Source of the DNA: Octopus vulgaris
Lineage: Eukaryota
Reading direction: 5' to 3'
Assembly: GCA_951406725.2 (NCBI GenBank)
Contig: OX597818.1
Location: forward strand, 6,448,001 to 6,512,000
Length of the DNA stretch: 64,000 bases
The translations under genes and the position numbers were made by a program. Of this stretch, positions 51,549-64,000 are shown piece after piece (the stretch's first letter is position 1; each line of letters opens with the position of its first letter). Under the pieces are notes generated by a model. The model saw nothing but the letters and a program-made list of their open reading frames with translations, was not told the DNA's origin and did not search any database.

Positions 51549-51788
51549 GGAGGCGCAATGGCCTAGTGGTTAGGGCAGCGGACTTGCGGTCGGAGGATCG
51601 CGGTTTCGATTCCCAGACCGGGCGTTGTGTGTGTTTATTGAGCGAAAAAACACCTAAAAGCTCCACGAGGCTCCGGCAGGAGGTGGTGATCCCTGCTGTA
51701 CTCTTTCACCACTCTAAAAGGCGGTGCTCCAGCATGGCCGCAGTCAAATGACTGAAACAAGTACAAAAACAAAAAAAAAAAAAAAAAT
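51549..51788 (+). mobile_element. tRNA-derived SINE with a third head type and the family 2 tail
   Basis: A box tggcctagtggttagg, B box ggtttcgattccc, and tail aaggcggtgctccagcatggccgcagtcaaatgactgaaacaag. Confidence 0.75.
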
Positions 51789-51900
51789 ACACACAAACTC
51801 ACTCTGACAATTATAACTACATGAGACAGATAAATAATAGCTTTGAACATAACTACACCAACCATTTTTTAGACCCCACACACAGGAACAGGGACACACG

Positions 51901-54198
51901 ATGGCAAAGGACAAACAAAAGAAACCTCAGGTAATTAAGATAATCAATCTCTCAAACAAAGAACTTACACCTAACGAAATAAGCATACTCTCCAAAGGAC
52001 TTAAATTTACACCCACCCCACAACGTTCTAATTATTATGAAATGAAAGATGATATTTCGGAATTTTGCAGAAAACTAAGACTCACCGAGGCATTTCAACA
52101 CAAACAAATAGAGGAGAACTCAATAGCTAGAAACAAGAGCAATTACACCCCCACCAAAGGTAAGAATAAAGCCTTAGACCGCTATTGTGACTACATAACT
52201 AATTTCCCGTTTCAATTCATCAAGAAACAAAAACACAGCCCTAACTTCAACAAAAGAGAATGGAACGACCTCATCAAACTAAGAGAAGACAAAACAATAA
52301 CAATTAAGGAGGCAGATAAGGGCAACGCGATAGTAATAATGAATACAAACAATTATAAAAATTTAGTGCTATCCCTATTAAGAGATGAAACGTATTATGA
52401 AAGGGCCCAACAGTATAACCAGCAAAAAATAATGCATAACCTTAGGACATTAATCAACACATACCAAGAAGGACTCACGAACAAGGAGTATGAATACATC
52501 ACTAACTTCAAATGCAAATCGAGTTTGTTCTATGATATCCCTAAGGTACACAAAAGCCAAACCATTAGAGAAACGTGCAAAACATCCACCGACACACTCA
52601 TCAAAATCCCTTCACCAAATGATCTTAAACTAAGACCGATAATTGCAGGGCCAGCATGTGAAACTCACCGCCTCAGCAATTTCTTAGACACACTTCTTAA
52701 ACCTTTCCTAAAACACATCAAAAGCTACGTAAGAGACGATATAGATATGCTCAACCACCTCCATAAAACAGTCAATGAGAAAACCCTTCTAGTATCATTC
52801 GACGTAGTTAATCTTTATTCTAACATCCCTCACAACCTAGGAATAGAAGCAATCACCTTCTGGCTGAATAACTACCCCTTTGAACTCCCAACTCGCATAA
52901 ACAAAGACCTTATAATAGAAGGACTTAGATTCATTTTAGAGAACAATTATTTTATTTTTGACAATGATTTCTACAGGCAAAGATCGGGAACAGCGATGGG
53001 CACGCGTACTGCACCATCTTTTGCCAACCTAGTGATGGGATACCTCGAGAAAATACTATACCGGATGACACTCGAGAAATATGGAAACACCTTCGCCACC
53101 TATATCCATAACAACTGGAAAAGATACCTCGATGACTGTTTCATCATCTGGGACAAAGGCATAGAGAAACTTGAGGAATTTAAAATTCTATTAAATGGAA
53201 TAAATGACAATATACAATTCACGATGGACCACAACGAAAAAGAATTACCATTTTTAGACATCCTCATTAAGATAACCGGCAACAAAATAGAGACAGATAT
53301 CTACTATAAACCGACAGACTCTAAACAGTACCTACCCTTTGATTCATGCAACCCACGACACACTAGAATGAATGTCCCTTTTTGTTTAGCTAGAAGGATT
53401 TGCACCATAATATCAGACACAAACACCCGATACACACGTCTCCAGGAACTTAGAACCACACTCACAAATAGAAACTATCCACAGCCCCTAATAGACAGTG
53501 CAATCCAACGGGTACTTAAATTAAGTATAGAAGACCTGAGACAAACAAAACCAAAAAAGAAAGAACAATTAAAAACCCTTCCCTACATCTCTACACACAA
53601 CCCACTCAACAATGAGGCCTTCAACACCATACTACAAAGCACAGCCCTACTAAAGGGAGACCCAAAGATGAACCGGATCCTCGAAACACACACCATCATT
53701 AAAAGTAAACGGCAACCAAAATCCTTGAAAAGGATTTTAACCCAAGCTACACTGCACTCAACATCAACCACAAAACCAGCAGTTAGAAAATGTGGAAGGC
53801 CCAACTGCGGAATCTGTGTCATCTTGAAAGAAGGATCAGAATTTATACTGGAACAAGGCCACCAGTTCACCATTAGAACAAACTTCACCTGCGCATCAGA
53901 AAACTTAATTTACGTCATAACATGCGCAGGCTGCAATAGGCAGTATATAGGCCATACAAAAAATAGCTTACGTAACAGGATGGCGGTGCATAAATCACAA
54001 ATTAGAAACCCTGATTACCGCAAAATACCGGTCAGCGGACACATAGATAGATGTGCTGGAAATGTAAATCCGAAATTTACAACTAACCCGCTCTATAAAT
54101 TCAGTGACAACGCAACCTTCACACAACGCCAAAATAAAGAACTATATTTCATAAAAAAATTTAGACCAAGTTTAAACACCCTGGGCCAGGAATACTAA
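51901..54198 (+). CDS. Penelope-like reverse transcriptase with C-terminal GIY-YIG endonuclease (765 aa)
   Basis: Motifs INLS..LSKGLKF, ADKGNAIV, LRPII, SFDVVNLYSNIP, GTAMG, RYLDD, LPFLD, CGRPNCGIC and NLIYVITCAGCNRQYIGHT..R...H. Confidence 0.92.
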   Translation: MAKDKQKKPQVIKIINLSNKELTPNEISILSKGLKFTPTPQRSNYYEMKDDISEFCRKLRLTEAFQHKQIEENSIARNKSNYTPTKGKNKALDRYCDYITNFPFQFIKKQKHSPNFNKREWNDLIKLREDKTITIKEADKGNAIVIMNTNNYKNLVLSLLRDETYYERAQQYNQQKIMHNLRTLINTYQEGLTNKEYEYITNFKCKSSLFYDIPKVHKSQTIRETCKTSTDTLIKIPSPNDLKLRPIIAGPACETHRLSNFLDTLLKPFLKHIKSYVRDDIDMLNHLHKTVNEKTLLVSFDVVNLYSNIPHNLGIEAITFWLNNYPFELPTRINKDLIIEGLRFILENNYFIFDNDFYRQRSGTAMGTRTAPSFANLVMGYLEKILYRMTLEKYGNTFATYIHNNWKRYLDDCFIIWDKGIEKLEEFKILLNGINDNIQFTMDHNEKELPFLDILIKITGNKIETDIYYKPTDSKQYLPFDSCNPRHTRMNVPFCLARRICTIISDTNTRYTRLQELRTTLTNRNYPQPLIDSAIQRVLKLSIEDLRQTKPKKKEQLKTLPYISTHNPLNNEAFNTILQSTALLKGDPKMNRILETHTIIKSKRQPKSLKRILTQATLHSTSTTKPAVRKCGRPNCGICVILKEGSEFILEQGHQFTIRTNFTCASENLIYVITCAGCNRQYIGHTKNSLRNRMAVHKSQIRNPDYRKIPVSGHIDRCAGNVNPKFTTNPLYKFSDNATFTQRQNKELYFIKKFRPSLNTLGQEY

Positions 54199-54365
54199 AA
54201 CAAAAGATAAGTCCTCCGAAAAGGAGAACCAAATTTCACCACGGCCGCTACTTCAAACAGACACTCACTCTGACGGAAATATGCCTTAGTAAAAAAGGGA
54301 AAAAATTCTTTCGTGCAAATCTGACCCTGATACTTACGATACAGCTAAGGGTCAGACCCGATTCT

Positions 54366-54761
54366 GATTGGTCAACAAGTTGATGACGTCTAGCTCTGCT
54401 AGAATGGACAGGATACAAACAGGGGGCAGTCATTAGTCAGAATATTGATGACGTCCTTTTCTGCTTGAATAGTCACCTAACAAGTACAGACAGGGGGCAG
54501 ATCTAATGTAGCTATAAGTCGTGATTGGGCAGAATCTGGATGACGTCCCGCTATGCTTGACTAACGAAGCGACTGGTCAAGACAGGAAACAAACAAGAGG
54601 GAGTTATAATGCAGCGATTGGTCAAAATAATGATGACGTCCCGTTCCACTTGATTAAAGCCACCTAACGAAACGATTGGTCAAAACATTGATGGCGTCAC
54701 GCTACGCTAGATTGACCACCTAACAGGCATTATAAAACCGAGCATTTCACAAAAAATCACT
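54366..54761 (+). promoter_or_regulatory. Putative pLTR promoter: five CCAAT+CRE modules, TATA box and initiator
   Basis: GATTGGTCAA-N5-TGATGACGTC-like modules start near 54366, 54431, 54523, 54616 and 54674. TATAAAA is at 54731 and TCACT at 54757. Confidence 0.55.
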
Positions 54762-55170
54762 AGAACCACCCAGCGAACTTCCACCATGGGTCATCACAAT
54801 TGCTTAAAAATGAATTCCTCGCTCTTTCGGAAACATCAATCTTCTGTATTGACCGCTTTCCACCACTTTGATCTGTTTTTTGTATTGAATACGTATCGCC
54901 ACCGTGGGCCACTGCATCGAACACTTTGAACATATACTTCAAACTATATATCAACTATACATGAACTATATATCAACTATACATGAACTCTAAGATGTCT
55001 GACTCCGTTGTGTATTATAAATGAATTTCTTGTGTTTGACGGCATGAGCTGTCTCTTTTTATATATAACTTTTTTTGATAAGGTTCATTTCAGGAACTGA
55101 AACATGTTATAATGTATATATAAAAATTAAAAATTGTATAATACAGCAGCATTTTCGAACTTCATTTTTT

Positions 55171-55219
<49 letters not shown>

Positions 55220-55224
<5 letters not shown>

Positions 55225-56640
55225 ATAAATATTAGGGAATAAATCCAAATTTACAGGGAAAAAATCAGATTTAGGATTAAATCCAATTTTATAGTAAAAT
55301 ATTATAAAATATTATTAGAGACAACACCACTATTTTGCAAAACAAACAAGGAAAGACTTAATCAATACATAAAATTTAAATAAATAGTCAAAAAAACCGC
55401 CACTACAATTGTTTCTTGTCTTGATCGACAATCTTCAGGTGGACTTCCAATCTAAAATATCAATATTTTAAAATATAAAAATAATAATTTTAAAATAATT
55501 AAAGTATATAAATATATAATCCATATATAACCTATATATAATCCATATATAATCAATATATAAACAATATATAAACTAAAATAAACCTATCAACAATTAA
55601 ATATAAAATATAAAATATAAAATATAAAATATAAAACAAAACAAAAAATAATAATAATATAATAATAAACTATATATACACCCATACACATATACCTAAT
55701 TATATATAACCATATCTAACTACATACACTAAATCACACACCTATATATATATCCCTATACATACACATAAAAACGTCTAGGCAACTATAAAAAAATAAA
55801 ATAGCTAAATACTTCAACACAATACTTATTCATACTCCCACACACACACACATACAACCCACATTCACGCTCTAGAAAACGGACATCACTTAAAATTATG
55901 AACGGAGAAATGGAATAAATGTAATTAAAAATTATATTCACTTGGTAAAACGAACACTACTTAAAAATTATGAATGAAACAATGCAATAAAACAACAGAC
56001 ATCGCAAATAGACACAAATTACTACGAATTCCTTAACAAACCTACCATGATAAACCAAAACTCATAAAAACATATAATGATAAAATCTCCCTTTACTAAA
56101 CTCTATAACATACCTATATAGCAATCCCCCTAACCTAAACATTCACACACAAATACACACACATAAACCACACACCCACGACATATACAAATACCCACAC
56201 CACTTACACATACCTATACATACATATAAACCTCAACATATACTCCAAAAACCCACTCAACCCCACACAGACAAATAAACACAAAAATTATGAATGGATT
56301 CTTTTATAAAACTACCATGATAAGCTAAAACTCACAAAACATAAATGATAAAACCTCCCTTTACTAAACACTATAACATACTTATATAGCAATCCCTTTA
56401 ACCTATACATTCACACACAAATACACACACGTAAACCACACACCCATAACAAATACAAACACCCACCCACTCACACACCCACAAGTACATATAAGCCTCA
56501 ACATATACACCAAACAAAATTACTTTACCAAGGAACTTAACATATGTATAAAAAATATATAACCGCTCTGGAAACGAACATCTCTAAAATAATGAATGGA
56601 GAAATGGAATAAATGGAATTAAAAATAATATTCACGTGGC
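55220..56640 (-). repeat. AT-rich non-coding PLE-associated repeat with a hammerhead and internal duplications
   Basis: HHR at 55400-55442. 56042-56270 resembles 56312-56515, and 55870-55945 resembles 56567-56640. (TA)n lies on both sides. Confidence 0.6.
55400..55442 (-). ncRNA. Minimal type I hammerhead ribozyme motif
   Basis: The minus strand reads ccac-CTGAAGA-ttgtc-gatcaa-gacaa-GAAA-c-aatt-GTA-gtgg. Stem III is the palindrome acaattgt. Confidence 0.85.
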
Positions 56641-56659
56641 AAATATATATATACATATA

Positions 56660-57822
<1,163 letters not shown>

Positions 57823-58604
57823 CACACTCACATATATATTTATCATTTATCCTTTTGGTCTTTAAACTGCAGCTATATTGGGACTTGGGCTCGGTGAACT
57901 GTAGCCGAACGAATGGACTCCAGTACTTATTTATTTCTTTTAAAACTTTGTAGTTATTCTATCGAGCTATTTTAACCAACAGCTAAGTTGCGAGGACGAA
58001 AACACACCAACGACGTATGACAAGCAGTAGCAAGGGACGAACGCGGTCACTGAGACTCACACACGCACACATAGATATATACATAGACACACATAATACA
58101 TACACACACACGTATATACAAATACAATCAAGTTCACTTATATTTGCATATAAAAATATAGTTATACATACATATGTATTTGTTCGTGTATGTTTATACA
58201 CACATACACACACAAACACACAAATGCACATACACACATATATATACATATTTGTGAATGTTATGAATATTTACATTTATGAATGTATATGGACAAGCAC
58301 GTATATGTATGTTTGTGTACTAATCGAAGTGGAATCAATTACAATATGAATTTGCTTGTAAACACGACATTATCACCTATGCTTCACATGCGGACATACA
58401 TTCAGTCAAGTATGCAAGGTTTCTAAGAAGCTAAGTTTTATCACCCGATTAAAGGATATGACCTTCTTTGTTTGTTACATAAATATTATTAAAAAATATA
58501 TTTTTAACGTTTTTATATGAAAGTACCTGTGAGTGTTTACGTATACGTATCCGTATATATATATGCATTTATGTATGTGTATATAAAAAAAAAAAACAAA
58601 AAAA

Positions 58605-58930
58605 CTTAGATATGTTTCGACCAGAGATTGGTCCAGGCCATGTCTAACTTAATAGCACCACCTGATAGGATTATTCGAATCCTGTTTAAGTCAAGTTTTG
58701 TTCAAGTAGTGAGTTCTTGTTGGGTGAGTTGTATCCAGTTTTGTTCAAGTAGTGAGTTCTTGTTGGGTGAGTTGTATCCAATTATGGGTGGCTTATCTGG
58801 TATTCTTTGAAGGAATCTATCCAGACTCTGTTTGAAGTTGATGGGATCCTTTTCCTCTTTGAACTCCCTCGGGACAATGTTAAATAGGGCAGGGCCTTTT
58901 GAGGAAAAGAAATTATGTTGCAGTGTACAT
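58605..58930 (-). mobile_element. CR1/L2-group LINE 3' fragment
   Basis: It reads HNFFSSKGPALFNIVPRE..FKQSLDRFLQRIPDKP..NSLL, has a ~43-bp internal tandem duplication and ends in a 3' hairpin. Confidence 0.75.
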
Positions 58931-59479
58931 GTATGTTGTGATCCCACAGACATATATATAAATGTATATATATATATGAATAAGATTACTGGTGTTGAAA
59001 TTGCACCTGGGTCTTAAAAATAGTTTTAGTTGTTTTAGTATTTTTAAAACATTTTTTTAAGATACCATTTACACTTCTTTCATATTTTTGTTTCAATACT
59101 AAATATAGAAGGGGATAAAAGATTAAAAGAATGTAAATGCACAGTAGTAAGTTTCGTATTGATAAAACATGCTCAAGAAAATGAAATGTTGAATGTGTTT
59201 CATAGGAAAATTACACGACCGAATATCCAAGTATTCAGTACGTTTCACAATAATAGCAAAGATTAAAGTCCAAATGTACGATAAACTTCATAACGATAAA
59301 AACATGAGGGAAAGTAGAAGTGTCAATAAATTTCAACGCAATAATTTGTTTTAGAAATTAGATAAGTTAGGTATTTTAAAAAGTAAAAACAAATTATAAA
59401 TTTTGTCATCTCGTATGAAGGGGAATCCCCATCATCTGCTCTATATTCAGTGTTTTAAGCCATAAATTAAAGACTTGAT

Positions 59480-61100
59480 TGGTTACCTTCTGAAATATAT
59501 CACTAGTGTCCGTGAGTGTCATAGCGTTCTGCTTGGCTGACTGCCTTCAAACCAACTATGTTTATTCTATGATTTGTCCCTTGTTCTTTTTTCGGCAATA
59601 GTCCGGAATCCCGTTTGATTGGTAGTCTGAGAACATCATTCGCTTGACTGTTTTGGTCTCCTGTTTTTGTCCAGTAGTTTTTCCGTGATCCGGTCAGTTG
59701 CGTTTCCCTCGACACTGTTTCTTATCAAAAGTCTTGGCTACTTTAGTTACATGTTGCTTTTCAGTGTGTGTGTCTCTTTTTGAAATTAACATGTTTAAAA
59801 TAGATACTTGAATCTTACTATATTCCAATGTATGTTGAATAGTGTGGTTTATTTTATTAACTAGACTTTTCAACTCAAAGAGTTGATCAGCTCTGTGTGT
59901 GTGTGTGTGTGTGTGTGTGTAGAATGAAATAACCAGCGAAGTAGGGTTTTCGGCAAGTTGGAGAGTAAGTATTTATGGAATGTTAATCTGAAGTGTTTCT
60001 ATCTTTGGACTTTTAAGAATGCCATGACATGATTAGCAGACGTGCGAGCTACTTTTGTGACATTGCAGTGCCAATAATATTTAGTTGTCTTTAGAATTGG
60101 TAAAGATAATTTACAAGAGGAATTTTATTCTCTCAATGATGAATATTTTCTCAATTCGTTCAGATATGCTGTATAGGAACTTTTAAAACTACAGTTGTAA
60201 GTATTCTATTCAGTATTCTGGTGGGATCCTAGCGTCGAGATTTACTATGATATCAGAAAAAAGGAAAGTGATATTTTAGAAATTCTAATCGATCAGTTAT
60301 TAACCTCAATATTTGTTAAAGGCCGGGTTTATGAGTATATCAATAGAGTTAATATGTCTATGTAATCCTAAGGATAGCCATATTAAATAATCTTAAATAG
60401 TCTTAATTTGAGATATTTGAGATTTGGTATGATAATACACACTGATGTTGACACCATATATGCTTCACTGTCAGACTCTTGTAACTTTTGGAGTACTAGT
60501 ATAAATAGATGGTTTTGCATTCAGAGTTCATTAAATCGTCTTTCCTGTTTCTTCAACTCCTTTGGTTCGAGCGGTGGGGTGAAGGACGTGAGTTTCTTGT
60601 TTGTATGTAAATATTTCTCTTTTGGCCCTATCTAGATTTCCACTACCATCTGTTCATCCAATATTCTGCTTATGAGTTTATGCCCTCGTCTTAGTAATTT
60701 TATTCATTTTGAAGTTGTTCAGATCCATTTTCATACTAGTCCCATTTGGGATGCTTTGTGTTTGAAGTTTTCTGAAGTGAACACAGGTAGTCAAGTTGAA
60801 ACATCCTTCCTAAATTTCTTTGTTGTTGCTTTAATTGCAAAAACAGGAAGCAATTTTTCGAGCTGTTCAATTCTTGATCCAGGATTGCAGTTAATTTTTT
60901 TGACATGGGAAGGTTGTTATTGTAAATTAATGTTGACATTACTAATCCAGTATCTCCATGATCATCCGAACTCTGCAGCAGAGAAGCCTTAAATAATTTC
61001 GAGAGTAGAGAACTTCCGTCTGCCGGCCAGGCTTCTTAAGTGCAGATCTTTACCTTTTACGTGCTAAGTTTGATAGTTCTTTGTTTCCTAAAGTACGCAC
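59480..61100 (-). mobile_element. Old, highly degenerate Penelope-like RT remnant
   Basis: The minus strand near 60010-60100 reads ..IGTAMS followed, after a frameshift, by KVARTSANHVMAFLK, compared with GTAMGTRTAPSFANLVMGYLE in the intact PLE. Boundaries are uncertain. Confidence 0.5.
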
Positions 61101-61419
61101 GAGATTTCATCAATTGCAGTTTTACCTTGAGGAGCATTTTTGTTTTTGATTGGCAGGCATATATAGGAAAATGAGGTTTACTTGAACGTAAGGAGGAGTA
61201 TAGCAGTATTCCATAATATAATAGTCGAAATGTAGGAGTTGTTTTTATATTATTAGACTGCATTGATTATAATGGAAATTTATGATATAAGCACAGGATC
61301 GGCAATTTTTAGAAGGGGTCAAACGGTATGTTATATAAATAAATTTTTAGAAGGGGTCAAATGGTGGAGTTTGGGAGAAACATAAACTCAGATATGTATG
61401 TGTCCATATTGCAGAGAGG

Positions 61420-61780
61420 ACTCCTTCTAATCTTTTCCAGTGGCGAAAAGATTAAAGAAGACTTTATTTATAGAAGATGGAGGTTCTTGTCACACGGTTA
61501 AAATAGAACAAGATTTTTTGGGTGAGAATGGCATTAAAAAAGCTTTCATGGCCAAGCCAGTCACCAGATATGAACCCTATTGAACCCCTCTGGGACATAA
61601 TGGGCAAGACATTTAATAAAAAAGAAAAAATATACAATCTTCAAAGCCAAGCCTTTTGAGATTACTGCATGAAACTTGGCAAGACATTCCGCAAGAGAAT
61701 ATTTGTCATCTGATTAGTAACATGCCTAATAGGTCCTTGCATTGAAAAATGCAAAGGACATGTCTACTAAATATTAAATA
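61420..61780 (+). mobile_element. Tc1 (DD34E-type) transposase C-terminal remnant
   Basis: It reads FIEDGGSCHT..FLGENGIK..SWPSQSPDMNPIEPLWDIM. Confidence 0.75.
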
Positions 61781-64000
61781 TTCACATTATAACAATTAAT
61801 AAATAATGTGAATGTATAATTTCATATTGAAATAAATTTTAATGATTATAAATATATCTATTTACTTCTGCCGTATCTGTGTATATCTTAGATCAAGCAA
61901 GTTTCTCATATTAAAAACACGAGTACGGAAATTCATGAATTTTATTTTTGTATCAGAACAGGATATTTGAACATGTATTTGAAATTAGTTACTCAGCTAC
62001 ATTAAGCTTCTAGGAAATGGTTGAAACATGGGGCACCGCCGTTAGCTTCACTCTACCTTCACTGCTTGTAAACTCCTCTGATATGTGGCATTTGATAAAT
62101 GAGTGGGTTTTATGCTACTGCTGCCCTCATTTGCGTTTCCTGTCGTAAGATAGGCTCTTCAGGATCACTTGACTTTAAAGAATAAGCTTGGAAAACATGG
62201 ACACGCTTTTCCCCCTATCCAGATGATTGGGGAAATGCACGTCTCACTAACAATAAAAAATATATGTAAACATGTACATAAGATGTACGTAAATATATAT
62301 GTAAACTATATGTAAAGTTGTACAGATATTGGCAATGATGTTAGAAATAATATAATTTCATATAAAAAGAAAACTGTTTGAGGGAAATCTTATTTGTGCA
62401 AATGAAATACTAATATTATTTCACGATTGCTTTTTGGACGATAGATATACAGAATTGCCAAAATGTCGGAAAACACCACACGCTATCTTTTTACGTTTTT
62501 TACCGCCCGAATTCAAATTCACTCGTACTAAACTTCGCTTCCATCCATTTTGTAGGGGTCAATAATCTAAAAGTACTGAGTATAAGCAATTAAAGTAAAG
62601 TACTGAATACAATGCCATTATCACCCAAAAAGTCTTGTGCCATTTTAACCGTGTGTTCTTAGATACAAACATACACACAAGAATGTGGAGAATATTTTGC
62701 AGTTTCATCAATTACATTTGATAACATAGTAATTACGTGAAAAAAGGTGACTTTCCTTTTTTCTGCTATGATATAATAAATACCACAATCAAGCACTGCA
62801 ATCAATACAGAAATGTAATCGAATATCAACACCTTTGGCCCTGCCACGGTTATTGCTGACAGCTTCAAAACCAATAAAATTATTTGTCTTGTGAATGCTT
62901 GTGTGTCGCTGTAAGAAAGAAAGTATGCCTGTGTGTACATATGTAGGTTTCTGTTGAATGGAAACGTAGTAAAATGTACGACAGAGAAAACGTTTAATTC
63001 ACAATAATCAAACCCAAAACATATTGGAATTATAATTGAAGGTAGGGTGTCAGCAGTGACTGACTATACTGGATGTTATATCCATATATATATATAGTTA
63101 TAGACCAAAACGTGATAATTACAAGCGGTATATTTCCCGCATATGTGAAACTTTTACTGTAATTTTATTAGTATGGATGTTAATTACAACTTAGATTTTT
63201 GTTGCAAGATATTTAATATATATAAGCTATTTATATTTCATTCACTTTCCGCTGATGGGAAAAGAATGCGACAGTGCTGAGTTGACTATTTACTTACCAT
63301 AAAAATTATTCGAAAATTCGATGCCTTGCAGTGAAAGGCAACAGATGTCAGTTGTTACATTTCCTTCCACGTGATATTTTTCCATTATCAAACAACTAAA
63401 TGAAAACGTTTATTGCCAGTACTTTTTTCAGATACCAACAGTCATTTTCCATACCCTATGTACGTGCTTTGATTGAAGATCTCTACTCAATATCATCAAC
63501 GACTTTAACTACCTAAGAATCTCCTCACGTTCGCTAATGAAAACAACACCAGAAACACATGAGAATTTGAATACTTTTTGTATATACTCGAGAGCCTTTC
63601 CAATACATATAAATGAGCATTAGGGCTTCGTTTTTAAATCCATATAATACTGTTCATATGTATTAATGCAAGTCAAGTTATGCAGTTTATTTATCATGGG
63701 TGATAGGACCATTCCAAACCTTCAAATAACTTCTTTTGTTATCACATTTCCAAGATTGCAGATCTTTCAGATTTATTACATCTATTAAATCAGTATATTT
63801 CATCATCATTTTGAATTGATTCAATTTCTACTTTGTTTACCGGATTGATTGAAAATTATTTTAAAAAGCTTCTTATTTCTGCTTGATGCTTGTCTTACGG
63901 TATTATTGATAGAATCGACACCACAAACGCATTCAGACCAAGAGTAGATACATTTCCAATGGTTTTCAAAGAAATAGATAATTCGGAGTCGTATGTGAGG

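Larger units (their letters stand above)
51790..55172 (+). mobile_element. Penelope-like retroelement (Neptune-like Cys-rich linker) with a ~1-kb 3' pLTR region ending at (TA)n
   Basis: It has an RT + GIY-YIG ORF followed by a repeat-rich 3' region. No upstream pLTR copy is visible. Confidence 0.8.

Noticed and set aside
51549-51625. tRNA gene
   Set aside because: A and B boxes are present but the acceptor stem does not close well, and the sequence continues into a SINE body and tail.
54366-54700. CRISPR-like repeat-spacer array
   Set aside because: The context is eukaryotic, the repeats are degenerate, the spacers are related to each other and uneven, and there are no cas genes.

Overview
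AT-rich, microsatellite-dense eukaryotic repeat desert. The SINE families and repeat content suggest a cephalopod (octopus-like) genome; this is inferred, not searched. No host protein-coding gene can be supported. Contents: (1) a 0-21.5 kb cluster of at least seven R4/Dong-type RLE non-LTR retrotransposon copies, nearly all in (TAA)n tracts, one with an intact 1293-aa ORF; (2) a near full-length, disrupted L1/Tx1-type LINE (40113-45329, minus) with a 14-bp target-site duplication; (3) a Penelope-like element (PLE) with an open 765-aa RT + GIY-YIG ORF, plus degenerate PLEs and fold-back pLTR remnants; (4) Tc1/mariner, RTE and CR1-type fragments and many tRNA-derived SINEs. Five well-formed type I hammerhead ribozyme (HHR) motifs were folded by eye, plus several decayed ones. 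The top finding is that the L1/Tx1 LINE inserted at the base of a U3:A8-variant HHR in a ~356-bp retrozyme/pLTR-like repeat, in the ribozyme's sense orientation. This suggests a LINE that may target or exploit ribozyme-bearing repeats. All boundaries were read by eye and are approximate.
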